Source of the DNA: Dictyostelium discoideum
Lineage: Eukaryota
DNA length: 64,000 nt
Reading direction: 5' to 3'
NCBI GenBank assembly: GCA_000004695.1
Contig: CM000152.2
Span: 3,040,001 to 3,104,000 of the forward strand
Below the pieces are notes generated by a model. It saw only the letters and a program-made list of their open reading frames with translations. It ran no database searches and was not told the origin of the DNA. Each line of letters starts with the position of its first letter. The stretch's first letter is position 1. Below, piece by piece: positions 38,456 through 54,186 of the stretch. The translations under genes were made by a program, and so were the position numbers.

Positions 38456-39770
38456 ATGTCAACCAAATCTATTGTTTTATTTGTTTTATTAGCAGTTGCA
38501 ATTGTCTCTGGTGCACATCAATCATGTGTTAAGAGAGTAAATGCACCAACCTCAATTATTAAATCACAACTCCCAAGTGAATATATCGATGAAGATACTT
38601 TACCAACTCAATATGAGTATGTTTTATTACTTAATGAATAATAAATGATTATTATATAAGGTTTTTACAAGTTTCTTTGATTATTCTAATGTTTTATAAT
38701 TTTTTTTTTTTTTTTTTTTTTACCCTAAAATAGTTGGAGAAATATTTCAGGTTCATCATACATCACTATTACCCGTAATCAACATGTAATTATCATCACA
38801 TATATATATATTTATATCCTTTTTCTTATTTTTACAAATTATTAACATACTTCTATAGTTACCACAATGTATGTAATAGGTTTTTTAGGTTTATTTTTAG
38901 GTTTATTATAGGATTTTTAGGATTTTTTATTTGTATTTTTTTAAAAGGATTTCAAGAAAAACAAACAATTAACATTAAAATTTTATTTAATTTTATTTAT
39001 TATTTTGAAAAATTCATTTAGATTGCGGTAGTTGTTGGGCTCATGTAGGTATTTTATTTTAATATTGTTTTAATTCATTTGATTTATAATGATATTAACT
39101 GTTTATTACTATTTATTATTATTGTTTTATTTTAGGGTACCACATCAGCTTTAGGTGATCGTATTAAAATCGGTCGTAAAGGTACTTTCCCAGAAGTTGT
39201 TCTTGCCCCACAAGTTTTATTAAACTGTGCTGGTCCAGATAATACCTGTGGTAAGTAATATGTTTTTTAAAAATAAATTTTATATTAGTAAATGATATCA
39301 TTTACTAATCATTATAAAAATAAAAAATAAAAAATAAAAAATAAAAAATAAAAAATAAAAAATAAAATAAAATAAAATAAAATAAAATAAAATAAAATAA
39401 AAATAAAAAAGATGGTGGTGATCCAACTGAAGCATACGCCTATATGGCCGCTAAAGGTATCACTGATGAAACTTGTGCTCCATATGAAGCAATTGATAAT
39501 GAATGTAATGCTGAAGGTATTTGCAAAAACTGTAACTTTGATTTATCAAACCCAACTGCTGATTGTTTCGCTCAACCAACTTATACTACTTATTTCGTTG
39601 AAGAACACGGTCAAGTTAATGGCTCAGTTGCTATGATGCAAGAAATTTTCGCTCGTGGTCCAATTGCCTGTGGTATGGAAGGTAAATATCAATTTATATT
39701 TTAAAAAATTACTATTATTATTTTATTATTATTTATTTTTCAAATCCAAGCAAAAAAAAATATTAATTAA

Positions 39771-39827
<57 letters not shown>

Positions 39828-40086
39828 TCAAAATTAAATAGTTACTGATGCATTCGAATCATACACAAGTGGTGTTTTCACCTCATCAGTTGGTTCAACT
39901 GGTGAAATTAATCACGAAATCTCAATCATTGGTTGGGGTACTGAAAATGGTGTTGACTATTGGATTGGTCGTAACTCATGGGGTACATATTTTGGTGAAT
40001 TAGGTTTCTTTAGAATTCAACGTGGTATTGATCTTTTATCAATTGAAAGTGCTTGCGATTGGGCTGTTCCAAAGAACTTAGAATAA
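38456..40086 (+). CDS. Cathepsin Z/X-like papain-family cysteine protease. Eight exons including a 10-nt micro-exon: 38456-38616, 38734-38785, 38859-38868, 39022-39045, 39136-39250, 39412-39681, 39842-40086.
   Basis: The spliced product ...[50 protein letters not shown]... aligns residue-for-residue with human cathepsin Z ([50 protein letters not shown]). Downstream motifs are GPIACGME, NHEISIIGWG and YWIGRNSWG, giving the catalytic Cys/His/Asn context. The signal peptide is in exon 1. Confidence 0.85.
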
Positions 40087-41324
40087 AAAAACATCTAAAA
40101 TAATAAAAAATAATAAAAAAAATAAAAAAAAATATTAGTGTGTTATTACAATAATTTTTAAAAATCATTTACCAATCTATTCTTTTTTTTTTTTTTTTTT
40201 TTTAATTTTTTTTTTTAAAAAAGGTCTTTTGTGTTTATTTTTTTACAAGTTCACAAAAATGGTTAAATTAGTAACTGAGATATATTTTTTATTTAATTGG
40301 TGGTTCTTTTTATTATTTTTTTTTTATTTGAATAAATTTAAAATTAAAAAAATTAAATTTTATTTTAACAAATATAACACGTAAATATAATATATGTTTT
40401 GTTTAAAAATTAAAAAAGAAATATGTTAATAGATTTTCAAATAATTTTTTTTAATATTCTCATTATATTTTTTTCTTTTTTATTAATATTTTGTCAAATT
40501 AAATTCAATTTTAAAATTAACCACTTCTTTTATTAGTATTTTTTTCAAAATATTAAAACTTTGGTTTATAACTGAAGTTAATTTTTTTTAAAAAATAATA
40601 AAAAAATACCCACAAAAAAGAACCAAAAATTTAAAAAAATATAATTAAAAATTAATTTCTAAATATATCAAACTAATTTTCATTTACAATTAAAATTTAA
40701 AATCCTTAAATAAAGATATATAAACGATTAGTTTCAATTTTATTAAATTTTTTTATTTTTGTTTTTTTAAATTTAATTATATTCAGTTTCTAAATTTGGA
40801 AACATATAAAATCTTAATTAAATGACATTATTAAATGACATTAAAACATCATAACTACAATATTCTTTTAATGATCACATAATTCTAGATTTTTTATTTT
40901 TTTTTTTTTTATATTATTTTTTTTTTTTTTTTAAATTTCACCACATAAATGGAAATTCTAATTCTAGAATTTATAAAAGTGATAAGGTTTTTAATAGTGA
41001 GTGGAAGTAAAAGTAGTGGGGGTGGTGGTGTAGAGTGGTTTTTTTTTCTTCTTATATAGTCATAATGGCATCAATTTTAATTTTTTTTTTTTTTTTTACT
41101 ATATCTGATATAACTAAATTTTTATTCAAATAATTTAAAATTAATTTTTTTTTAATTTTTTATTTTCCTATAAATATTTTTCATTAAAAAAAAAAAAAAA
41201 AAAAAAAAAATTTATAATTATATAAAAATAAAAAATATAAACAAATAATTTAATAAATAATAAAATAAATAATAGCAATAATTAAATAAATAATTAAATA
41301 AAAAAATAAAGAAGAAAATAAAAA

Positions 41325-42617
41325 ATGAATAAAAATATTAAAGATATGAAAATTGTAATTTGTGGAGGCGGAATGAGTGGCTTGGGATTGGCAAGAGTAC
41401 TTCAATTAAAAGGTTGTAAAAATGTTAAAGTTTATGAGAGATCAACTCATAAATATTCAAGATTACAAGGTTCGTCATTAGATTTACATGCAAAACTTGG
41501 TCAAAAATTAATTATAGCAGCAGGTTTACAAGAACAATTTGCAGCCTTTTCAAGACCAGATGGAGAATGTTTTTCATTTTGTGATAAAAGTGGAAATATT
41601 AATGTCAGAAAACCATATTTAAAGATTGCTAGTAAAAGACCAGAAATTGATAGAGGTGATTTACGTGATATCCTTATGGATTCATTGTTACCAGATACTA
41701 TCGAATGGGATTATCATTTCAAATCATTGAAACAAATCGAAAATGATCAAATTGAATTAACATTTACAAATAACGATGGTACAATTGTTAGAGATGCCGT
41801 CATTGCAGATTTGGTTATTGGATGTGATGGTGTTCATTCAAAAGTTAGAAAATATGTTACTCTTGATCAATTTAAACCAGAATATATGGGAATTACAATG
41901 ATTGAAGGTGAAATTACTGATGCAAAGAATTCATGTCCTGAAATTTATAATTTAGTTAATCAAGGTTTAATGTTTGTTATGGAAGATGGAATTGTAATGT
42001 TAGCTCAACAAAAAACAGATGGAAATATTGTATTTAGTTTTGCTCAAAAAGTTGAAAAAGATTGGATAAATAATCAAGGTTTTAATTTATCAGTTAATTC
42101 ATCATCATCTGATGATGATGTTAAAAACTACTTAAAAAATAAATTAATTCCATCATGGTCACCAATATTCCATAGATTAATTGATTCATCAATAACACCA
42201 TTCAAACCAAGAGTTTTATATCGTGCACCAATTAATCAAGAGTGGAAATCTCAATCAAATATTACAATAATCGGGGATGCAGCCCATTCAATTTCTCCAT
42301 TTGCTGGATTAGGTTGTAACATTGCATTATATGATTCTTTTGAATTGGCAAATATTTTAACAAAAGATATCGATTGTACAACTCAAAAACCATTATTGGA
42401 AAAAATTCAAATCTTTGAAAAAAGTATGTTAAATAGATGGAGAACTGCAGCAAAAGAAACAATGGAAAATGAAAATTCTGTTTTCTTACCAAATGGTATA
42501 GATGCTTTAAAAAAAAGAATTGGTGGAATTTATTATTATTTTAATTGTATTTTATCAGTAAGCAAAGTTGTGAATTATATTAATTATTTTACTGATTTAA
42601 TTTTATTAACTAAATAA
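41325..42617 (+). CDS. FAD-dependent aromatic-ring monooxygenase (salicylate/kynurenine hydroxylase-like). Single exon, 430 aa.
   Basis: N-terminal dinucleotide-binding motif KIVICGGGMSGLGLA, DG fingerprint CDGVHSKVR, and the C-terminal FAD motif GDAAHSISPFAGLGCNIALYDSFELA. Confidence 0.8.
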   Translation: MNKNIKDMKIVICGGGMSGLGLARVLQLKGCKNVKVYERSTHKYSRLQGSSLDLHAKLGQKLIIAAGLQEQFAAFSRPDGECFSFCDKSGNINVRKPYLKIASKRPEIDRGDLRDILMDSLLPDTIEWDYHFKSLKQIENDQIELTFTNNDGTIVRDAVIADLVIGCDGVHSKVRKYVTLDQFKPEYMGITMIEGEITDAKNSCPEIYNLVNQGLMFVMEDGIVMLAQQKTDGNIVFSFAQKVEKDWINNQGFNLSVNSSSSDDDVKNYLKNKLIPSWSPIFHRLIDSSITPFKPRVLYRAPINQEWKSQSNITIIGDAAHSISPFAGLGCNIALYDSFELANILTKDIDCTTQKPLLEKIQIFEKSMLNRWRTAAKETMENENSVFLPNGIDALKKRIGGIYYYFNCILSVSKVVNYINYFTDLILLTK

Positions 42618-42695
42618 ATAAATAAATAAATAAATAGAAATTTTAAATTATTATATATATATATATTTTTAAATTATTTATAATTTTTTTATTAT

Positions 42696-43842
42696 TTATA
42701 TTTTATATAAGTTTAAACAATTTGTTTTAAAAATTTTAAAAGCAAATTCTTTTGATTCTTTTAAAGTTATTTCATTATTTTTTAAAGATTTTGAAAGAAC
42801 TTTGAATATTATATTTCTTGCCCAAATTGAACCGAGATAGAATAATTCAGGTATATAATGACTATCAGAACTATAAATGATTTTATCAATTGGAGCTAAT
42901 TCTAACATTGATTGAATTGAATTTTTCATACCACTTATTGAGAGGAAAGGAATTGCTAAACCAATATCAACATATACATTTGGATAAACCCAACTTAAAA
43001 ATCCTGCTTCCCTAAAAAATGGATAAGAGCAATGTAATAATACAATTGGAACATTTGGATATGATTCAATTAATGGTTTCAATAATAATGGATTTGATAA
43101 TTCTAATGATAAATCTGAATCACCAAATCCAGTATGAATTTGAATTGGCATTGGTTTTGATAATGTTGATGAAACTCCCATTGCAATATGAATGAAAAAA
43201 TTAATCATTGTTTTATTTTCAATTCTATAATTAGTTTGATTGATTGTTGTTATAATATTACCACTACTATTATTAATATTATTATTATTATTATTATTAT
43301 TACTATTATTAATTTGAATTTCATTAATTACTTTTTCAAATTCTTCTAAAACTTTTTGAATTGATGGATTTTCAACACCTAAACCACATCTATACGCAAC
43401 AATACTTTTTAAACCAATTACTTTAATATCATCAATTGGATTATCAATTGTATCTCTAAATAGTTTTTCAACGTATGTTTTCCAAACAAAAAATGACATA
43501 CCATTGGTTTTTGCATCTATTAAACTTTTCTCTAATAATGTTTCCAATCTAATTACTTTGTAGACCTTTGTAAATTGTGAATGCCAACTATTTGATTTCA
43601 ATGGTAACTCTACAGAGTTTATTGAGAATTTTAATGAATCATCTAAAATTATTGCTTCAATATTTGATCTTGTAAAAACTCCTCTCATTATATTATCTGT
43701 ACCAATTTCATTTCTTTTCATATTTATTTCATGTTCAATTATATTTTCATCAATCTCTCCATTTTCTTCCTGTTCTTCTATAAAATCTTTACCATAATAA
43801 AATTTATAAATATCTTTTATACTTCTTTTAAATATCAATGTA

Positions 43843-43877
<35 letters not shown>

Positions 43878-44110
43878 AAATAAATTATAATTAGTTTATT
43901 TAATTGTTTACTTTAAAATAAAATAATTAAAATTACTTTTAGTTGATTTAAAAATAATGGATTATTTATTGAATCACCCTCTGATAAAACAAAAGCTAAC
44001 GGTAATTCAATATTTGGTTGTTTATCTATAACATTATGACAATGATGATCGATTATTGGTAAAGTTTTAATAAAACTTTCCAATTGATTAATTTTATCTT
44101 GCATATTCAT
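42696..44110 (-). CDS. Amidohydrolase_2 family (metal-dependent TIM-barrel hydrolase/decarboxylase, ACMSD-like). Two exons: 44110-~43936 and ~43850-42696.
   Basis: N-terminal HxH metal motif IDHHCHNV, with later metal ligands HTGFG and SDSHY. A minus-strand GTAATT donor and AG acceptor join ...FLNQLK|STLIFKRS... Confidence 0.65.
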
Positions 44111-44351
44111 GATTTTTAAACAATATATAAGATGATGTAAAAATTTTATTATATCTGGTGAAAAAAAAAAAAAAAAAAGTGTATCTAATAAAATGGTGAA
44201 AATTTTAAAAAAAAAAAAATAAAAATAAAATAAAAAAATAAAAAAAAAAATTGATTTAATAAATTGTTTATTAATGAAAACAATTTAATCTAAGATTTAA
44301 TTTTAAATTTCTGTTTTTTTTGTTTATTTAATAAATTTTGTAATCAGTTTG

Positions 44352-46922
<2,571 letters not shown>

Positions 46923-46961
46923 TTTCTTTTTTTTTTGAAAAATTTAGAAATATAAAATTAT

Positions 46962-46999
<38 letters not shown>

Positions 47000-47741
47000 T
47001 GTTTTTTTATTTTTTATTTTTTAAAATTTTAAAATTAAAAAATAAAAAAAATAAAAAAAAAGATGGTAATAATATTTGTGTGTTGTGTTTAGAATTATTT
47101 TGAAAATAAAATATAAAATAAAAAAATTAATTTTTGAACATAAATAGGTTATAAGGAAAAAAAAAACAAAAAAAATAAAAAAAATTAAAAAAATAAAAAA
47201 TAAAAATTAAATAAAATAAAAAAAAAATAAAATAAAATAAAATTAAAAATAAATAAAAAAATAACCTTTTTTTATTTTTTTTTAATTTTTTATTATTTTT
47301 AATTTTTTTTATTTTTTTTTTCTTTTTAAACACAATAAATCTATTATAACGATCCATTAAAAAATCAATAGAATATGAGGAAAATTAAAAAAAAATCTAC
47401 CCCCAACTGCGTGCATAGTGGAAAAATTTTTTATAAAAACTGAAATGGGAATTTAACCACAGATTTCAAATTTGGGATTTTTTGTTTTTTTTTTTTTTAT
47501 CTATTTCGGAATTGTGTGTATTTAGATCACCGGAAATAATAATAAATTATAATAATTATTTAGTAACGAAAAAAAATAACCTTTAATATTTATTTATTTA
47601 CTTATTTATTTTTTTGGTTTTTTACTTGGTTTTTTTTTTTTTTTTTTAATAATAATTTATTTATTTTTTTATTTTTTATTTTTTTTTTATTTTATTTTAT
47701 TTTATTTTGTTTTGTTTATTTTTTTTTTTTTTTTTTTTTTT

Positions 47742-48055
47742 TTAGTTATCGCTATTATTAATATTTTGAGGAGTTCCATTGTTATTTGAAGTTGATGGTG
47801 AATTTGGAGAATTTGAGGGTTTTGGTGAAATGATTAAAGGGGCTGAACGTTGAGCACCTGACATACTAATGTTGCTTGGATTATTACCTCTATTTACAGA
47901 ATTTGGTGAGAGTGGATATTGTGGGTTTGGTGGATTAGAATTTGTTTGTACATCATCCATGTCATCAGAAATAATTACAGAACTTTGTTGATTGGTTGGG
48001 TTTGATGTATTCATATTATTATTATTATTACTATTATTATTATTATTATTATTTA

Positions 48056-48107
<52 letters not shown>

Positions 48108-51100
48108 TGATAAAATTGGTGAAGATGTTGAAGAATTAAAATTTGTTGGTTGATTGTTATTACTATTATTATTATTATTATTACTATTATTATTGTTATT
48201 ATTATTATAATCATTATTATTGTTATTAATATTATTATTAGATTCACTATCACTAGTTGATAAAGTTGTTGTTGTACTAGTAGTTGTAGTTGTAGTTGTT
48301 ATTGAGGTATTTTCAATAGTTTGAGATTGTTGTGGAGATTGTTGTTGTTGTGCTTGTTGAGCTTGTTGTTGTTGTTGTTGAAGTTGTTTTTGTCTTTCTA
48401 ATTGTTTATTACTTAAAGAATTTGTAATATTATTATTAATATTATTCATATTATTATTAATAAAGTTAATTGTATTTAAATTATTTTTCTTTCCTCTTTT
48501 ATTTGGATTACTGATGAAATTATTGATATTGAATTTTGGAATTGCAGTTTCTTGAGTTTCACTGAAATGACCATAGGAAATATTAGCAAGATGAATTTCC
48601 TCATCGGTATCTTCGATGAGTGCTTTAAGATGAGAATTAACACAACGTTGTAATGAATTTGTTTTTTCGATACCATAACCACCTTCCAATACAGAGATGA
48701 TTCTACCTTTACAATATTTGAAAGCGACAGTTTTAATCATTTTAGTAATGACGAAATAATCCTCTTCATTTAATTTCAAACCATTGGTTGGATCATCTTT
48801 ATGGCCATCGAAACCAGCTGAAAGGAAGATTAATTGTGGTTTGTAAGCTTCAAGTCTTGGAATGATTTTATTCATCCATTGTTGAAGGAAAACTGCGGAA
48901 CCTGTATTACGTTTCAAGCCAATATTTAAAATGTTACCATCGAATTGACCCGACACCTCATCGATATCACCAACATCTTGACCGGTACCAGGATAAAAGT
49001 AACGTTTTTCATCACATACATGAATTGAAATGAAGAGGAAATTGTCATCACCACTTAGGATCTCTTGAGTTCCATTACCATGATGAACATCGAAATCCAC
49101 CACAGCAATTCTACTATAACCGGCGGTCAATGAAGCATACTTGGCACCAATGGCAACGTTATTGATTAAACAATAGCCTTGAGATGGCGCATCACTTGTT
49201 CTACCATAACGACCAGCATGATGACCAGGTGGACGAATGGCACAAAAAGCACGAGTATAACCAGAACGACTAACTGAATCAACGGCGGCACAAACTGAAC
49301 CACTTGCTCTCAATGCGGCTTTAATGGAACGATGTGAAACAAAGGTATCGTAAATGTTATCATCATCACCCTCGAAATCTTTATGAGAGGCAACAGTAAC
49401 CATAGCACCACTTTTATCACTCTCCAAATGAGTTTCAAACTCTGAATTCTCTGGTGGTAAACTAGTTTCCAACTTTTTAATATAGTTTGCATCGTGGACG
49501 GCCATAACATAACGCATATCGACCTCTGGTGGATTGTCAAAGATATCAACCAATGGATTGCTTGCAAACTCGTTTATACAACTGACAGCGACTTGAATAC
49601 GATCAGGTTTCTCCAAATGAAAGTTTGGAACTTTATGTTGCATGCAAATCTTGTGATAGATTGCAATGGTTTTAAATTTATTCTTTATATCAACTGTGGT
49701 TGGAACGATTACAGGTTGACCATCCTCGCCCATTACTGTGGTTGTAGTGTTTGGAATTGCATTATCCAAAGCATTTGGTGGATGTGGTATTTGTGTCTCC
49801 AATTTATTTTGAAGTTGTGATAGTTTATTATTGATTAACTTTTCACATTCACCAACTCTTGATTCATAAAAGTAATCATGGATCCAATAGATTGATTCAA
49901 CCATTGTAATCAATAACTTGAGAGCGTAAATCTCATTCTCTAGGGTGGCTTGTTGAGATTTTGTCTCCTTTTCTTTGTCAGAGATACCATTTTTAATTAA
50001 TAACATATCGACTTTTAGCTCACTTGATTTCTTTTGAAGAGTATCACGAATTGATTCGTGAGCTGCAATTGCACCACGTACTTTACTTAATGAATCTAAT
50101 AGCTCTACCTCTTGATATTTAAATTTATGAATTTCATCCAAGTTTGCTTTGATTTGATGTTCAATTTGTTCAATCTCTGTGCTAACTTTATTACTTCTAA
50201 GACTTTCCTCCATGAGATTATCCTCGAGATCATGTTGATAATCGGCGATAGCACGTAAAGCAACTTCAATTGAATAGATTAAAGCATTTCTGGTTGAACA
50301 ACATTCTTTACCAATTAAACCTGCAGTTTCATGATTTTCAAATACCATTGTGATTGCTCTTTCCAATGGTACATTACGAGCGTTGGTTGTCATATTTTCA
50401 AGGGCACCCTCTTCCAATGATTTCAACTCTGAATACATCTCAACCACTGATTGTGATGATAATAAATTTCTCTTTATTAAATTTGATAATTCTTCAATCA
50501 TTCTCCAAACTAAACCATAATCTGATGCCCAACGTACAGTTTTTATTCTCATCATTAAATCAACAAAGTTATCAATACGTTCTTTAATTTCATCTGGTGG
50601 ATTTTGAGATAATGTTGAAAAGAATTTAACTGCTGTAAAAGTTTGATCAACGAAATTATCAATTGGATTCAATGGTTCTCTATTTGGTGATAAAACTGAT
50701 TCAATTAAATTATTAAAATTACCATTATTTTGTTGTTGATGTTGATGTTGTTGTTGTAATGCTTTCAATTGTTGAAGTTGAGCTTGTTGTTGTGATAAAC
50801 GAGCTTGTTGATGAGTTTGTTGTAATTGTTGTTGTTGTTGTACCATTAATGTATTTGGTGATGGTGGTGTTGCTGAATAACCCTGTTGTTCAACCACAAC
50901 CGTTGTATTTTTAATAATACCTCCACCAGCAGCACCACTACTACCAACCATCACTGAATTACCAATAATTGATGTTGGTGATGGTGGTGCACTATCTTCA
51001 TCATTTCTCTTTTTAGTATACTTTCTAGTTTCATAAATATCTGATGATGCATTAATTTTCTTTCTTAATCTTTTTTGATTTTGTTGATTATTTGGTGAAC

Positions 51101-53065
51101 CTGATGGATCAAATCCACTATTATTATTATTATTATTTGAATTATTATTATTATTATTATTTGAATTATTTGAATTAAATTGTGATGATCTTTTTTCATT
51201 TGGTGAAGTTTGTTGTTGTTGTTGTTGTTGTAAAAATTGAGCTTGAGCCATATCAAGTTCTGGACCTCTACGGAATTTTCTACTAATTGAGGTTAAACCT
51301 GGATTTAATTGTTCTTTAACCCAACGAGTTCTTTCTTTTTCTTTTGCTTTTGTACGTACGAATTGACAAACCCAACAAATCCATTTATTACCATTTGGAT
51401 GATTATTATGTTTCATGGCTGCAATTTCAACACAATCATTACAAAAACCAAATGCACAACCATTGTTACCACAATGATGTAAATCTTTTTTATCACCACA
51501 AATGCCACAAACTTTATCTTTTACTCCACTCGATTCATCATTAACGAAATCACCTCTTCTTAATGCTTCTGAAATTCTCACTTCACTCTTTATTGCATGA
51601 GTTTTACATGTTGGAATTAAACATGGTCTTAATATTTTTAATGATCTATCTGCTTTAACACATCCAACAAACCAACATGGTCTAATCTATAAATTTTTAA
51701 AATTAAAAAAAATAATAAAAATAATAAATAATTAGTAAAAATTATTTATTTTTTTTATTTTTTTCATTTTTTTTTTTTTTTTTAAAAACTTACATCTAAA
51801 TGATTTGGTACACTTTTTTTACTTGTTTTATATTTTGTTTTCTTTTTTGGTTGACCCATGTCTTCTTCTTCTTCTTCAAATTCTTCACCAAATTCTTCTT
51901 CACCCAAAGAATTATTTTGATTATTTTGATTATTTTGGTTATTTTGATTATTTTGATTAATTTGATTAATTTGATTATTTTGATTATTTGGATCTGATGT
52001 TGTTGTTGATGAACCTTGAGTAGCCTGAATATATTGTTGTAATTGAATTCTTTTTCTTTCTTCTGATCTTGATCCATTTGTCTTTGGTCTACCTCTAGCT
52101 GGCCTATTATTATTATTGTTATTATCATTATTACTATTATTATTATTATTATTATTATTAATATTATTATTATTATTATTGTTATTATTGTTTTGATTTA
52201 AATTTTGATTATTATTATTACTATTGTTAGTGGTGGTAGTTGTAGTAGTGGTATTATTGTTATTATTGTTATTATTATTTTGATTTTGATTTGATTGGTT
52301 TTCATCTTGTGGTTTATCATTTGTAGACATTATTGAATCATCATCTTCACCAACACCACCATCACTTTCTTCAGATAACATTAGATCTTTTTCTTCATCT
52401 GATGTTAATCTTGGTCTTTTATTGGTTTTTAATGCTGATTGAGTGTTTGGTGTATTATTTGTTGATGTTGAAATACGTTTTGGTACTTTTCCATCCGGTG
52501 TAAATATAGTTGGTGACTCTGGTGTAGTTTGTGATAAATGTGTATTTGTTGATTGTTGAACTTTTGATGGTCTCTGTAATTTTTTAAAAGTTTATAAAAA
52601 AAATAAAAAAAATAATAAAAATTAAGAAATTAGTATTTACACATTAGAATTATTATTTAAAAAAGATGTACTTACACCTCTTCTTTTACCACCAGCTGAA
52701 TTAGGATTTTGATTTTGTCTTCCATCAGCATCCTCATCATCATCTTCCATTTCATCTTCATCTTCTTCGGCACTATCAGATAATTCATGTTCTTCAAAGT
52801 TTATATCATCTTCTGATCCACTATCTTCAAGTGTAACTTGTTGTTCTTCTGTAACTTGTGAGTTGTTGTTGTTGTTGTTTTTATTATTATTATTATCACT
52901 ATTGTTATCGTTATCATTGGTGTTATTATTGTTGGTAGGTGAGGTTGTATTTTCGGTATTATTTTTGTTGTCATCATTATTATTATTATTATTATCGGTA
53001 TTGCTTTCGTTTGTTATGGTGGTTTTGGTGTCTTCATCACCTTCTATTATGTTATTGGTTGACAT
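47742..53065 (-). CDS. Class II histone deacetylase of about 1700 aa with an N-terminal acidic/N-rich region, an AT-hook, a Cys-rich PHD-like finger and a C-terminal deacetylase domain. Three exons: 53065-52676, 52573-51794, 51686-47742.
   Basis: Deacetylase motifs GFCLINNVAIGAKYA, VVDFDVHHGNGTQE, FISIHV and VLEGGYG. AT-hook RPARGRPKTNG in exon 2. Cys-rich finger CGICGDKKDLHHCGNNGCAFGFCNDCV...WICWVCQ at the start of exon 3. Minus-strand donors GGT|GTAAGT and GAT|GTAAGT with matching AG acceptors. Confidence 0.8.
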
Positions 53066-53380
53066 TTTACAAAATGTATTATATATATAAAATAAATAAA
53101 ATTTTATTTATAAAAACAAAGAAAAAAAAAAAAAAAAAAAAAAAGGAAAAAAAAGTAGTTTGGCTAATTATTTTTTTCTTTTTTTTCTTTTTTAATTATT
53201 AATATTAATAAATAAATTGGATAAATAAATGGGAAGTTTACTAATATAGGTTGGAAATTTTGAAAAAATAAAATGAAATTAAAAAAAGAAAAAAAAAAAA
53301 AAAAAATTAAAAAAATAAATAAAAAAAAAAAAAAAAAAAATGGAAGTATTAGTATTGTTTTGGAAATGGAGGATTGGTAA

Positions 53381-53435
<55 letters not shown>

Positions 53436-54040
53436 GAAAAAAGAAAAAAAAAAAAAAAAAAAAAAAAAACTTCTTCCAATCTAATTTAGAAGAAACTTGA
53501 TCCACAAAATAGGAAATAAAGGTACGCATATATATCCAATTCAAAAAAGTAATATATATATATTTACATATGATATATTGATTGTTTTTTTTTTTTTAAT
53601 TTTCACTTTGCAATACAATTCCTTTTTTCTGTTTCTTTTTCTTTTTTTTTTTTTTTTTTTCTTTCTTTACTTTTTTTTTTTGATTTTTATAAAAAATATA
53701 ATGATAAAGTGGTGTATATGATTTATAATTTGGAAAAGTTTGGAAGATAAAAAGGTTTAATTATGGTTTTTTCCAGTTTTTAAAATAAATAAAAAAATAA
53801 AATAAAAAATAAAATTTTAAAAAAAAAAAAAAAAAATAAAAAAAATAAAAAAAATAAAAAAAATAAAAATAAAAAAAAAAAAATAAAAAAAAATAAAATT
53901 TTTTAATATGGGCTTCTTATTTTTGTTACAAAAAAAAAAAAAAAATTTTTACGACTGGAAAAGTTTATTTGACTAGTGACCCGTTGTTCCATTGGAATGA
54001 TGGGATGGTAAATCTATTTTTATTTGGTATTTTTTCCTTA

Positions 54041-54054
54041 TATTATTATTATTA

Positions 54055-54121
<67 letters not shown>
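54041..54121. repeat. (ATT)n microsatellite of about 25 units in an intergenic region
   Basis: Directly visible. Flanked by long A/T homopolymers. Confidence 0.9.
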
Positions 54122-54122
<1 letters not shown>

Positions 54123-54153
54123 ACTATTATTTATAACAATGGTTATGGAAGAG

Positions 54154-54186
<33 letters not shown>

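Noticed and set aside
39330-39410. Regularly spaced aaaaataa / aaaataaa repeats resembling a spacer-repeat array
   Set aside because: This is a eukaryotic intron microsatellite with a 7-8-bp A-rich unit, no unique spacers and no cas genes. CRISPR does not apply to this genome.
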